A DNA stretch of 64,000 nt from Myxococcota bacterium (GTDB lineage: Bacteria > Myxococcota_A > UBA796 > CAJQPC01): the NCBI GenBank assembly GCA_036229005.1, contig JAZAMN010000006.1:64001-128000 (forward strand), given 5' to 3'. This document shows, piece by piece, positions 1-9,271 of the stretch. The position numbers were made by a program, and so were the translations under genes. The notes under the pieces are model-generated. The model saw only the letters and a list, made by a program, of their open reading frames with translations, made no database searches and was not told the origin of the DNA. Numbering within the stretch: position 1 is the stretch's first letter; the number at the start of each line of letters is the position of its first letter.

Positions 1-1
1 G

Positions 2-652
2 GACTTCCGTCCCCAGGGCCTGGCGGATCGCATCCTGGGCTTTGGCGACGTGGTCGGCCTGGTCCAGGACTTCGAGAAGCACATGGACCAGGACGAGGCC
101 GAAGCGGACGCCAAGAAGATGCTCCGCGGCGACTTCACCTTCGATGACTTCCTCAAGCAGCTCGAGACCGTCCAGAAGATGGGCTCGCTCAAGTCGCTGT
201 TCGAGCGCCTGCCCTTCTTTGACGACATGAAGAAGATGATCCCGGCCGAGGCCCTGGACGACAAGGAGCTGGTCAAGGTCAAGGCGGTCATCCACTCCAT
301 GACCCGCCAGGAGCGGAACTTCCCCGATGTGCTCGACGGCAACCAGAGCCGCTGGGAGCGCATCGCCAAGGGCTGCGGCCGCGAGCCCAAGGAGATCGGC
401 GAGCTCTACGAGCGCTTCGTCCAGGCCCGCGCGATGATGAAGCAGATGGGCGACTCCGGGCTCTTTGGGGGCCTGATGGGGGGCGGCGGCATGCCCGCGA
501 TGCCTGGGATGCCGGGGCTGGGGGTCAACCCGGGCCTCACTCCTCCGGGGACCGCGCCCAACCCGCCCCGCGAGCTGAGCGCCAAGGAGAAGGCCGCCAA
601 GCGCAAGGCCCGGAAGAACGCCCGCAAGTCCCGAAAGCGCAACAAGAAGTAG
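2..652 (+). CDS. ffh: Signal recognition particle protein Ffh, C-terminal part (5' truncated by window)
   Basis: FRPQGLADRILGFGDVVGL, FTFDDFLKQL..QKMGSL, IHSMTRQER, SRWERIAKGCG are Ffh G/M-domain motifs; Met/Gly-rich and basic tail. Confidence 0.96.
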   Translation, partial: DFRPQGLADRILGFGDVVGLVQDFEKHMDQDEAEADAKKMLRGDFTFDDFLKQLETVQKMGSLKSLFERLPFFDDMKKMIPAEALDDKELVKVKAVIHSMTRQERNFPDVLDGNQSRWERIAKGCGREPKEIGELYERFVQARAMMKQMGDSGLFGGLMGGGGMPAMPGMPGLGVNPGLTPPGTAPNPPRELSAKEKAAKRKARKNARKSRKRNKK

Positions 653-709
653 GCGCTGGGGGCTCACGGTCAGAGGGCGCGAATCCGATCCAGTCACTGG
701 AGGTGATTC

Positions 710-1582
710 GTGCGCTACGACCGACCGCATCTGGTCCGCCTGCTGCGCCAGCTCAATGAGACCCAGGGCAGCGATCTGCTGCTCAAGGTCCCCGGCCGCC
801 CCGCGCTCCGCATCGACGGAGAGATGGTACGGCTGGCCGAAGAGCCCTTGCGACCGGTGGACACCAAGAACGCCGCCATGGCCCTGATGGGGCTGGCGGA
901 CACCGAGATCCCGCTCATGCACCTCAAGGAGCACGAGCTGGCCTTTGGCATGCCGGGGGTGGGGCGATTCCGCGCCCTGATCTACCGACAGCGCGGCAGC
1001 ATCGGGATCTCCGTGCACCGCCTGGCCATGCAGAGCCCCAAGGTGGAGGAGCTGGGCCTGGATCCCAAGGTGGTCCAGGGCATCACGGGCCTCTCGCTGG
1101 TCTGCGGATCGCGGGAGCGGCAGGCCCTGGCGGCCATCGTGGACCACTGGAACCACAAGGTCGGCGGCCACATCGTCGTGCTGGAGGACCAGATCGAGTA
1201 TCTGCACCGGGACGCCCGGGCGGCGGTCTCGCACCGCGAGGTGGGGATCGACACCGAGAACTGGGAGACCGGCCTGTGCAGCGCCATGCGCCACGACGCC
1301 GATCTGGTCGTCCTGGGCAGAGTGCGCGATGTCCAGGCCGCCGAGAAGGTGCTCCAGGCCGTCGAGCATGGCAAGCGCGTGCTGGTCTCGCTGCCCGCCA
1401 CCAGCCCCAAGGCCGCCCTGAACAGCTTCATCCGGCTCTTTGGGCAGGAGCGGGAGAAGGAGGTCCGGAGCCGCCTGCTGCAGGTCTTTGGGGCCTCCAT
1501 CTACCTGGGCAAGCGGGGCGTGGCCCACCTGGTCCGGGAGGAGCTCGAAGCGAGTCTGCAGGCCCGCCGACAGGCCTCCTGA
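710..1582 (+). CDS. PilT/PilU-family twitching-motility ATPase paralog, catalytically degenerate
   Basis: GSDLLLK..P.LRIDG, GRFR..IYRQRG, LEDQIEYLH, SHREVGIDT match PilT; Walker A, Walker B Glu and His box are missing. Confidence 0.85.
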   Translation: MRYDRPHLVRLLRQLNETQGSDLLLKVPGRPALRIDGEMVRLAEEPLRPVDTKNAAMALMGLADTEIPLMHLKEHELAFGMPGVGRFRALIYRQRGSIGISVHRLAMQSPKVEELGLDPKVVQGITGLSLVCGSRERQALAAIVDHWNHKVGGHIVVLEDQIEYLHRDARAAVSHREVGIDTENWETGLCSAMRHDADLVVLGRVRDVQAAEKVLQAVEHGKRVLVSLPATSPKAALNSFIRLFGQEREKEVRSRLLQVFGASIYLGKRGVAHLVREELEASLQARRQAS

Positions 1583-1588
1583 ACCGCT

Positions 1589-2854
1589 CTACTGCAGAGC
1601 CCCTCGCACAAGGTCAAGGCTGCTGGCCGGAGCGAGGTAGGGAGGCTCGCCCTGGGTGGACTGGACCACGCGGCCGCCGTCGACCTCCTGGCCGATGTTC
1701 ACGCGGATGACCTCGTAGCCGTTGTCCAGCTCCACCCAAGCGGTGACCACCGTGGGGGAGGGGACCGGTGCGCGCCGATCTCCCATGGCCGAGGTCGCCA
1801 GCTCCATGGGGATTCGGCCCTGCTCGGGGTCGGGCTGTCCGTCCACGGTCCAGGCGTTCTGCTCGACCCGCCAGGTGCGCTCGCTGCCCTCCCAGTGCAC
1901 CGTCACGCGGGCCAGGCTGGAGGGGGAGATGGGGGCCAGGCGGTCCTCCAGGACATCGGAGGCGGCCAGCTCCAGGGCGTCGAAGCCGCCGATGGTGCCG
2001 CTGCGGCCCTCGGGGCTGAGCACGTACATGCCCAGGGGATCCGGCACCAGGAAGAGCATCTCTCGCGGGCCCTGCTCGTCCACCCAGCGCAGGCGGGCGT
2101 GGGGGACCTCGGACTTGGTGGTGGGGCTGCCGAAGGTCTCGAACTTGAGGGCGCCCACCTGCCCGAGCAGCGCGTTCATGGCGCCGTCCTTGGCCCGGCG
2201 GCCGTCCTGCATCCACCAGTGGCCGTCACGCTGCACGACGGCCCAGCTATCGGCGCTGGGGTCGGCGGAGCCATGCAGGGTCCACTGCATCTCGGTGACG
2301 GCGCTGGCGGCCACGCTGGTGACCTTGCGGTCGCGGTAGATCTCGAAGGGCCGGGTCAGGGTGGCGCGCGGCTGGGTGGTGGAGACCTGGACGTCGTCGC
2401 CGTTGAGCTGCAGGTAGCCCTTGCCGCCCACGGGGGCGTCCACACCGACGCTCAGCACGGTCTCGGAGCCGTCGCTGCGGCCCAGGATCAGCTTGGCCTG
2501 GGGCTGGTCCAGCCCGTAGCGGGCGGGGTCGGCGGCGGTCAGGGGCGGCTCCACCTGCAGGCGGTCCACCAGCAGCACCAGGTCGTCCAGGGCGATGTCG
2601 TCACCGCGTGCCTGGAAGGGCGCCAGGATCACCCAGCCGGCCTCGGAGCGCTCCGCGGACAGCGTGCCCTCGCTGGTGACCAGGTGCAGCGTGATGACGT
2701 CCTGGGGCTGGATGTCGATGAGGTCGGCCACGCTCTCGGAGCTGCTCGGATCCTGCTCGTCCTCCGCTGGCGGATCCACGAGCCGGATCACCAGGACGAG
2801 CACCAAGAGCACCAGCGCGAGGCCGGTCATCAGGCGGGTCTGCTTGTTCTCCAC
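1589..2854 (-). CDS. DUF4340-type membrane-anchored periplasmic protein
   Basis: N-terminal TM helix; W.I.AP...RGD, YGLDQP, L.VG..AP.GG..Y, YRDRKV pattern repeated; GGAG upstream of GTG 2854. Confidence 0.7.
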   Translation of the reverse strand: MENKQTRLMTGLALVLLVLVLVIRLVDPPAEDEQDPSSSESVADLIDIQPQDVITLHLVTSEGTLSAERSEAGWVILAPFQARGDDIALDDLVLLVDRLQVEPPLTAADPARYGLDQPQAKLILGRSDGSETVLSVGVDAPVGGKGYLQLNGDDVQVSTTQPRATLTRPFEIYRDRKVTSVAASAVTEMQWTLHGSADPSADSWAVVQRDGHWWMQDGRRAKDGAMNALLGQVGALKFETFGSPTTKSEVPHARLRWVDEQGPREMLFLVPDPLGMYVLSPEGRSGTIGGFDALELAASDVLEDRLAPISPSSLARVTVHWEGSERTWRVEQNAWTVDGQPDPEQGRIPMELATSAMGDRRAPVPSPTVVTAWVELDNGYEVIRVNIGQEVDGGRVVQSTQGEPPYLAPASSLDLVRGALQ

Positions 2855-2986
2855 GTCCACTCCGAGCGGGGGGTGGGTCCCGGTAGCCTCCCCGCTGTTG
2901 ACGTCAAGCCGGGCGTGCACACTTGTGGGGCGTGACAAGGGGGGCGCGCGCCTATACGGAGCGTCCCCGAGACCGTGGAGAGTGGC

Positions 2987-3586
2987 ATGTCTGGTGAGCA
3001 GGACAACGTGGTGGAGCTGAACCCCGAGCAGGTGGAGGACGCCGCCGCGGAGATCGAGACCGCTGAGCCCACTGAGCTGGAGCGGGCCGAGGCCGAAGTC
3101 GCCGAGCTCAAGGCCAAGCTCAAGAGCGTCTCCGCTGCCTACCTCAAGCAGCAGGAGGAGATGGCCGCGTTCAAGGCGCGCATGGAGCGTCAGCGGGCCC
3201 TCAAGGAGGAGATCCTCAAGGGGGACATCGTCTCCAAGCTCTTCGAGCCCCTGGAGAACCTGCGCCGCAGCATCGACGCGCTCGAGCGCGCGGGCATGGA
3301 CAAGGACCTGCTGGGCGGCGTCGAGGCCACCTACACCAGTTTCCTGACTGGCTTCAAGGGCATGGGCATGGAGCAGTTCGGCGCGCAGGGCCAGGTGTTC
3401 GACCCCAACCTGCACGAGGCCCTGACCACCATGCCCGTCCAGGAGGAGGCGCTCGCGGACCGCGTCGTCCAGGTCTTCTCCGTGGGCTACAAGGTCGGCA
3501 CCCGCGTGATCCGCCCGGCCCGTGTCATCGTCGGCGCCTACACCGCGCCCCCCGCTCCCGCAGAAGACGCCGCCGGCGAAGAGTGA
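2987..3586 (+). CDS. grpE: Nucleotide exchange factor GrpE
   Basis: Acidic N-terminus, coiled coil, FDPNLHEA, GYKVGTRVIRPARVIV. Confidence 0.95.
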   Translation: MSGEQDNVVELNPEQVEDAAAEIETAEPTELERAEAEVAELKAKLKSVSAAYLKQQEEMAAFKARMERQRALKEEILKGDIVSKLFEPLENLRRSIDALERAGMDKDLLGGVEATYTSFLTGFKGMGMEQFGAQGQVFDPNLHEALTTMPVQEEALADRVVQVFSVGYKVGTRVIRPARVIVGAYTAPPAPAEDAAGEE

Positions 3587-4044
3587 GCCCGACGCTGCAC
3601 ATCGCGCTGCTGCGCCCGGAGATCCCTGGCAACACGGGGAACATCGGGCGCCTCTGCGTGGGCATTGGCGCGCAGCTCCACCTGATCCACCCCCTGGGCT
3701 TCGACACCAGCGAGAAGGCCGTGCGCCGCGCGGGCATCGACCACTGGAAGCTGGTTCAGGTGCGTGAGCACGCCTCGGAGGCGGCCTTTCTGGAGTGGGT
3801 CGGCGATCGCCCGCTGCACCTGCTCTCCGCGCGGGGGGAGCGCCCTTATACGCAGATCCCCGCCCAAGACGACAGCGTGCTGCTCTTTGGCTGCGAGTCC
3901 CAGGGCCTCCCGGATGCGCTGGTGGAGCGCTTCGGCGCCTTCCGAATCCCCAGCCCGGGGCCCGTCCGCAGCCTGAACCTGTCCAACGCCGTCGCCGTGG
4001 TGGCCTACCAGGCGCTGCAGGGCCTGCAGCCGGAGCTATTCTGA
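3583..4044 (+). CDS. trmL: tRNA (cytidine/uridine-34-2'-O)-methyltransferase
   Basis: PEIPGNTGNIGRLC, RRAGIDHW, FGCESQGLP, RSLNLSNAVAV (SPOUT). Confidence 0.93.
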   Translation: MSPTLHIALLRPEIPGNTGNIGRLCVGIGAQLHLIHPLGFDTSEKAVRRAGIDHWKLVQVREHASEAAFLEWVGDRPLHLLSARGERPYTQIPAQDDSVLLFGCESQGLPDALVERFGAFRIPSPGPVRSLNLSNAVAVVAYQALQGLQPELF

Positions 4045-4045
4045 G

Positions 4046-5113
4046 ATGGAGGCCCCCCTCTACGCCCTGATCATCGCCGGTGGCGTGGGGGCCCGCTTCT
4101 GGCCGCGCTCCCGCAAGGCCCAGCCCAAGCAGTGCATGAGCCTGGACGGCGGGCCCACCCTGATCCAGCGGACCCTTTCCCGCCTGGAGCCCCTGATCCC
4201 GGCCGAGCGCGTGTTCGTGGTCACCGCCCAGGACATGGCGCCGCTGATCCGCGAGCAGCTCCCTCAGCTCCCCGCCGACCAGGTGCTCGTGGAGCCCATG
4301 GGGCGCAACACCGCCGCCGCCGTGGGGTGGGGGACGCTGGAGATCGCCCGCCGGGCCAAGGGCCAGGACCCCATCATCGCGGTGCTGCCCGCGGACCACC
4401 TGATCCAGGACACCGCGGAGCTCCGCAGCCTGCTGGCCGACTGCGCCCAGGCCGCCGAGCAGACCCACTCCCTGATCACCCTGGGCATCCAGCCCACGCG
4501 CCCGGAGACCGGCTTTGGCTACCTGGAGCTGGGGCCGCTGGTCGGGGACTTCGGGGAGCACCGCTTCCACGTGGTGGAGCGCTTCGTCGAGAAGCCCAAG
4601 CTGGATCGCGCCCAGCAGTACCTCGCTGGCGGGCGGCACCTCTGGAATGCGGGCATGTTCGTGTTCACCGCGGAGGTGTGCCGAGATGCCTTCCGCACCC
4701 ACCTGCCCTCCACCTGGGGCTGGATGGAGACCCTGCGGCACAGCCCGGAGCGGCTGGAGGAGATCTACCCGCAGCTCGAGAAGGTGAGCTTCGACGTGGG
4801 GATCATGGAGCGCGCGGCCAATGTGCTGACCGTCCCAGCCTCCATGGGGTGGTCGGACCTGGGGAGCTGGGAGGCCGTCGCGGAGCACCTGCCGGAGCAG
4901 CCCGGCGGCGTCGGGGTAGGGGACATCGTCGCCGTGGACGCCCAGAACAACGTGGTCCACGCCCCCGGGAAGACCGTCGCCTTGCTCGGAGTGAACGGGC
5001 TGGTCGTCGTGGACACGGGGGATGCCCTGCTGGTGTGCCCCAAGGACCAGGCCCAGCGTGTCCGGGAGCTGCACGCCGCGCTCTTGGAGCAGGGGAAGGA
5101 GGGGCTGCTCTGA
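4046..5113 (+). CDS. manC: Mannose-1-phosphate guanylyltransferase (no PMI domain)
   Basis: AGGVGARFWPRSR..PKQ, EPMGRNTA, PADH, PETGFGY, FVEKP, WNAGMF, WSDLGSW. Confidence 0.94.
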   Translation: MEAPLYALIIAGGVGARFWPRSRKAQPKQCMSLDGGPTLIQRTLSRLEPLIPAERVFVVTAQDMAPLIREQLPQLPADQVLVEPMGRNTAAAVGWGTLEIARRAKGQDPIIAVLPADHLIQDTAELRSLLADCAQAAEQTHSLITLGIQPTRPETGFGYLELGPLVGDFGEHRFHVVERFVEKPKLDRAQQYLAGGRHLWNAGMFVFTAEVCRDAFRTHLPSTWGWMETLRHSPERLEEIYPQLEKVSFDVGIMERAANVLTVPASMGWSDLGSWEAVAEHLPEQPGGVGVGDIVAVDAQNNVVHAPGKTVALLGVNGLVVVDTGDALLVCPKDQAQRVRELHAALLEQGKEGLL

Positions 5114-5172
5114 GCGCTCCAGACCTGAGCCCACCCCTTGACGAAAAGGGGGCAAATCGCGCCGGCGCAGAG

Positions 5173-5181
5173 TGCTAGAAT
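5173..5181 (+). promoter_or_regulatory. Possible extended -10 promoter (TGcTAGAAT)
   Basis: TGnTAnnnT about 20 nt upstream of ATG 5202, with AGGAG RBS between. Confidence 0.4.
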
Positions 5182-5201
5182 CCGCCAGCGAGGAGAACCT
5201 G

Positions 5202-5582
5202 ATGTCGGCGAGCTTGCTGCTCTTGGTCCTGACCGGCTGCGGCCCCGGAGACCTGACGGTCAACGTGGACACCGTGCCCTGCGAGAACATCGATCTCGAC
5301 GACCCGCCCGAGGTCGACGTGGTGGTGGAGCAGGACGGCAACATCACCACCCTGAGCCGGGTCCCCCTCTTCAAGGAGTGCGGCGCGACCTTCGAGCCCG
5401 ACGTGCTCGCGGACGGCGCGGTGATCGAGGTGGACGAGCTCTGGAGCGCTGGGGACGGCGACTGCTGCTACCAGGCCGAGCTCGCGATCAAGGCCGAGAA
5501 CTCCGGCGCCGAGGTCGAGGTGCTCTGGTACGAAGGGGACGCCGCGGAGCCCCTGCACACGATCGCCTTTTCGACCCCCTGA
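5202..5582 (+). CDS. Small acidic lipoprotein, unknown function
   Basis: Lipobox LTGC after a hydrophobic stretch; AGGAG RBS; four further Cys. Confidence 0.7.
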   Translation: MSASLLLLVLTGCGPGDLTVNVDTVPCENIDLDDPPEVDVVVEQDGNITTLSRVPLFKECGATFEPDVLADGAVIEVDELWSAGDGDCCYQAELAIKAENSGAEVEVLWYEGDAAEPLHTIAFSTP

Positions 5583-5606
5583 AGGCGGGCCGATAGGCCA
5601 GAGCCC

Positions 5607-6560
5607 GTGAGCAAGACAGCACTGATCACGGGAATCACGGGCCAGGACGGCTCCTACCTCGCGGAGCAGCTCCTGGAGCAGGGCTTCCGCGTCGTGGGGG
5701 TCCACCGCCGGCTGAGCGCCCCGAACCACTGGCGAATCGCGCACCTGCTGGACCGGCTGGAGCTGCGCTCCGCGGATCTGCACGACCAGGGCTCGCTCTG
5801 GGATCTGCTGGAGGATCTGCGTCCCGACGAGATCTACAACCTCGCGGCCCAGTCCTTCGTGCCCACCAGCTTCTCCCAGCCGGTGCTCACCGCCGAGGCG
5901 ACGGGCCTTGGGCTGGTGCGTCTGTTGGAAGCGGTCCGCAGGGTGAGTCCCGGCTCCCGGGTCTACCAAGCCAGCTCCTCGGAGATGTTCGGCAACGTCG
6001 CACAATGTCCCCAAGACGAGGACACCCCGCTGATGCCGGCCAGCCCCTACGCCTGCGCCAAGGTCTACGCCCACCACATGGTGCGCAACTACCGGGAGGC
6101 CTACGGGCTCTTCGCGGTCAGCGGCATCCTGTTCAACCACGAGTCGCCGCGGCGGGGGGAGGAGTTCCTGACCCGCAAGGTGGCGATGGCGGTGGCGCGC
6201 ATCAAGCGCGGCGAGCAGCGGACCCTGATGCTGGGCGACCTGAACCCCCGCCGGGACTGGGGTTTTGCCGGGGACTACACGCGGGCGATGCAGGCGATGC
6301 TTCGGCAGGAGCAGCCCAAGGACTTCGTCGTGGCCACCGGCGTGGACCACAGCGTTCAGGACTGGGTGCAGGCGAGCTTCGAGGCGGCGGACCTGGACTG
6401 GCGGGAGCACGTGCGGCAGGACCCGGCGCTGCTGCGCAAGAGCGAGGTCCATCGGCTCCGGGGCAACCCGGCCCGGGCCCGCCAGGAGCTTGGCTGGGAG
6501 ACCCAGGTGGACTTCCGAGGGCTGGTCCAGATGATGGTGCAGGCGGAGCTCTCCCCTTGA
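5607..6560 (+). CDS. gmd: GDP-mannose 4,6-dehydratase
   Basis: TGITGQDGSYL, YNLAAQSFV, QASSSEMFG, SPYACAK, FNHESPRRG, RDWGFAGDY. Confidence 0.96.
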   Translation: MSKTALITGITGQDGSYLAEQLLEQGFRVVGVHRRLSAPNHWRIAHLLDRLELRSADLHDQGSLWDLLEDLRPDEIYNLAAQSFVPTSFSQPVLTAEATGLGLVRLLEAVRRVSPGSRVYQASSSEMFGNVAQCPQDEDTPLMPASPYACAKVYAHHMVRNYREAYGLFAVSGILFNHESPRRGEEFLTRKVAMAVARIKRGEQRTLMLGDLNPRRDWGFAGDYTRAMQAMLRQEQPKDFVVATGVDHSVQDWVQASFEAADLDWREHVRQDPALLRKSEVHRLRGNPARARQELGWETQVDFRGLVQMMVQAELSP

Positions 6561-7429
6561 AGGTCCTGGTCACCGGCGCGCGGGGTTTCGTGGGCAGGCA
6601 CCTGGTCGCTGCCCTCAGCGAGGCGCGGCCGCAGGATGCGCTGCTCACACCCACCCGGCGGGAGCTGGATCTGGGGAACCAGGTGTCCGTGGGCGCATAC
6701 CTCAGCCTCCACAAGCCCGATCTGGTGTTCAACCTGGGCGCGGTGACCTCGCCGAGGGAGGCTGCGCTGGACAGTGAGCAGGCCTGGGCAGTGAACGTGG
6801 TGGGGACGCAAGCCCTGTGCGCCGGGCTCCTCACCTCCTCTCCCTCTGCCCGGCTGGTGCACGTCTCGACCTGCCACGCCTACGGCCCGCCGCTGCGGCT
6901 CCCCATCAGCGAGGCCCACCCCCTGAACCCGCAGGGGATCTACGCCGAGAGCAAGGCGGCCTCCGAGCAGCAGGTGCGAGAGGCGGTGGACCAAGGGCTG
7001 GACGCGGTCATCGCGCGGCCCTTCAACCTGACGGGCCCGGGGCAGAGCACCGAGTATGCGCTGGCCGACTGGTGCCAGCAGTCCATCGAAGGCGCGCACA
7101 GCATCCTCTGCGGCGATATCGACGTGGAGCGCGACTACATGGACGTCCGGGACGCCGCAACGGGCTTGCGTCTGCTGGCGGAGCGAGGGGTCTCAGGCGA
7201 GGCCTACAACCTCTGCAGCGGCCGGAGCCTGCCCCTGCGGTACCTGCTCGCTCTGGTCGCGCCCGGGGCGGAACCCCTGGAGGACCCCGGTCGCCTCCGC
7301 AAGCGCAGCGTCCCTGTGCTCCGGGGCAGCAACAGAAAAGCCGGCGCCCTGGGGTGGGAGCCGGCCATCTCTCTGGAGCAGAGCGCGGTGGACCTGCGGC
7401 TCTACCTGTTCTCGCGAACGTCCATCTGA
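6557..7429 (+). CDS. NDP-sugar reductase/epimerase, Rmd-like (GDP-4-keto-6-deoxymannose reductase)
   Basis: TTG start overlapping gmd stop; VTGARGFVG, YAESK, RPFNLTGPGQ, ERDYMDVRD. Confidence 0.8.
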   Translation: MKVLVTGARGFVGRHLVAALSEARPQDALLTPTRRELDLGNQVSVGAYLSLHKPDLVFNLGAVTSPREAALDSEQAWAVNVVGTQALCAGLLTSSPSARLVHVSTCHAYGPPLRLPISEAHPLNPQGIYAESKAASEQQVREAVDQGLDAVIARPFNLTGPGQSTEYALADWCQQSIEGAHSILCGDIDVERDYMDVRDAATGLRLLAERGVSGEAYNLCSGRSLPLRYLLALVAPGAEPLEDPGRLRKRSVPVLRGSNRKAGALGWEPAISLEQSAVDLRLYLFSRTSI

Positions 7430-7968
7430 CCGTCGCCGTCGATGTCGCGGCCGACCTTGGCGACCTCGCCGTCGTCGTTGAAGTACTCCCAGTAGTCGAC
7501 CTTGCCGTCGCCGGTGGTGTCGCGCTCCTTGCGGCGGACACGGCCGTTCTCGTAGTACTTGAACAGGTCCCAGGTCCCGTCGAACTGGGTGTCGACCTCG
7601 GAGAACACGCGGCGGCCGCCCTGGTAGTGGTCGATCATGTCGACGTTGCCGTCAAAGTCGCCGTCCATCTCCTCGCGGATCAGCAGGCCGGCGTCGTCGT
7701 AGAAGCTGATCATGTCGATGCGGCCGTCCCAGTTCAGGTCGATCTCGCGCTTGACCAGCAGCCGGGAGGCCGAGGTGCGCTCCCGGTAGTAGTTGAAGAT
7801 GTCGGCTTGCCCGTCGTTGTTCAGGTCGACCTCGACCAGGACCAGGCCCTCCTCGGTGGGGCGCTCCACGACGGGGCGGGCCACCTCGACGGTCGCCTCG
7901 TCGTTCTTTGGGCCGCAGGCCGCCAGGGCCAGGGGGGCGAGGATCACAAACCAGGGCTTCCGCATCAT
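7402..7968 (-). CDS. Lipoprotein with tandem DxDxDG (Ca-binding-like) repeats
   Basis: Lipobox LAAC; DLNNDG, DLNWDG, DGDFDG, DTQFDG, DTTGDG, DIDGDG. Confidence 0.8.
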   Translation of the reverse strand: MMRKPWFVILAPLALAACGPKNDEATVEVARPVVERPTEEGLVLVEVDLNNDGQADIFNYYRERTSASRLLVKREIDLNWDGRIDMISFYDDAGLLIREEMDGDFDGNVDMIDHYQGGRRVFSEVDTQFDGTWDLFKYYENGRVRRKERDTTGDGKVDYWEYFNDDGEVAKVGRDIDGDGQMDVRENR

Positions 7969-8110
7969 CTCTCCGCATCTACCGCCCATGGAGCATAGTC
8001 CGGCCACCGGGCGCACACAATCACAGCCGCTCTATCGCGCGGAGCGGGGGCCAACTTGAGCCTGCCACGCTCGTGTTAGGGTGCCGGACCGCAAGAGTGC
8101 AGGGAGTCTG

Positions 8111-9265
8111 GTGAGCACGCGCAACAAGCACCTGATCCTGGTCGACGACGAGCCCGTGATCCTGCAGATCCTGGGCGCCGTCTTCGCGGATTCCCCCTAC
8201 CGGGTGTCCTCCTGCAGCACGGGCCAGCAGGCCGCCGACCTGATCCGGGGCGAGGGCGTGGACATCCTGGTCACCGACAAGAACCTGCCGGACGTCAACG
8301 GCATGGAGCTGCTGCGCATCGCGCGCGAGGTGAACCCGCTCTCCGAGACGCTGATCGTCACCGGCTTCGCGAGCCTGGAGACGGCGGTGCAGGCGGTGGA
8401 GCTCGACGCCTTCGACTACATCCTCAAGCCCTTGAACAACGTCTTCGAGATCAAGCGCAAGGTCGAGCGGGCCTCGGAGAAGCAGGACATCCTGGCCGAG
8501 AATCAGCGGCTGCTGCGGGATCTTCAGGAGAAGAACGCCGCGCTGGAGGAGGCGCTGCAGCAGACCCGGTCCCTGCAGGAGGAGCTCATCCAGAGCGAGA
8601 AGCTCGCGGGCATCGGCACTCTGGCCGCCGGCATCGCCCACGAGGTCAGCTCGCCCCTGTTCGGCATCATGGGCCTGGCCGAGGCCATCGTCGAGGAAGA
8701 GGACCTGGAGCTCTGCCACAACTACGCGGGCGAGATCGTCGAGTACTCCCAGGCCATCCGCGACATCGTGGTCGAGCTGTCGTCCTACTCCCGCGCGAGC
8801 GCCGCCGAGTACCTGACCACCGTCGAGCTCGACAAGGTGGTCCAGGACGCCATCCGTCTGGTGGAGCGCAGCGCCCAGACCGAGGGCGTCAGCGTGCGCT
8901 GCGAGGTCCCCAGCGGCCTCTACGTCCACGCCCGCACCGGAGAGGTGCAGCAGGTCTTCGTGAACCTGGTCAAGAACGCGGTCGAGGCTGTGTTCGGGCA
9001 GGAACAGGCGGAAGTCGTCGTGCGCGGAGGCCGCTCCGACAGGCGCGTCTGGGCCGAGGTCGCCGACAACGGTCCCGGCATCCCGGAGCCCAAGCTCAAG
9101 CTCGTGTTCGACCCATTCTACACGACCAAGGCCCCGGGGAAGGGCACTGGCCTTGGGCTCAACATCGTCTACCGTATCCTCACCAAGTACAGGGGCACGG
9201 TGTCGGTGGAGTCGGAGCTCGGCAAGGGGAGCCGCTTCTCCCTCAGCTTCCCCGTCGAGGGCTGA
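8111..9265 (+). CDS. Receiver-domain histidine kinase (REC-HisKA-HATPase)
   Basis: LVDDE..TDKNLP..K receiver; AHEVSSP H-box; NLVKNA, DNGPG, FYTTK, GTGLGL. Confidence 0.93.
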   Translation: MSTRNKHLILVDDEPVILQILGAVFADSPYRVSSCSTGQQAADLIRGEGVDILVTDKNLPDVNGMELLRIAREVNPLSETLIVTGFASLETAVQAVELDAFDYILKPLNNVFEIKRKVERASEKQDILAENQRLLRDLQEKNAALEEALQQTRSLQEELIQSEKLAGIGTLAAGIAHEVSSPLFGIMGLAEAIVEEEDLELCHNYAGEIVEYSQAIRDIVVELSSYSRASAAEYLTTVELDKVVQDAIRLVERSAQTEGVSVRCEVPSGLYVHARTGEVQQVFVNLVKNAVEAVFGQEQAEVVVRGGRSDRRVWAEVADNGPGIPEPKLKLVFDPFYTTKAPGKGTGLGLNIVYRILTKYRGTVSVESELGKGSRFSLSFPVEG

Positions 9266-9271
9266 GCCCCC

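Noticed and set aside
2920..2960. Heat-shock (sigma32/CIRCE) element upstream of grpE
   Set aside because: No CIRCE inverted repeat; match to the sigma32 consensus is too weak to call
5138..5181. TTGACG...TAGAAT as a -35/-10 pair
   Set aside because: Spacing is 32 nt; TTGACG lies in a small CCCCTT/AAGGGG hairpin
1589..5374. 1261-aa minus-strand ORF
   Set aside because: Only the last 421 aa are plausible; the rest is antisense to grpE, trmL and manC
6005..6556. N-terminal extension of the rmd-like ORF (similarly for 19766, 28959, 55861 and 50226 starts)
   Set aside because: Out-of-frame overlap with upstream genes; real starts are downstream at motif boundaries
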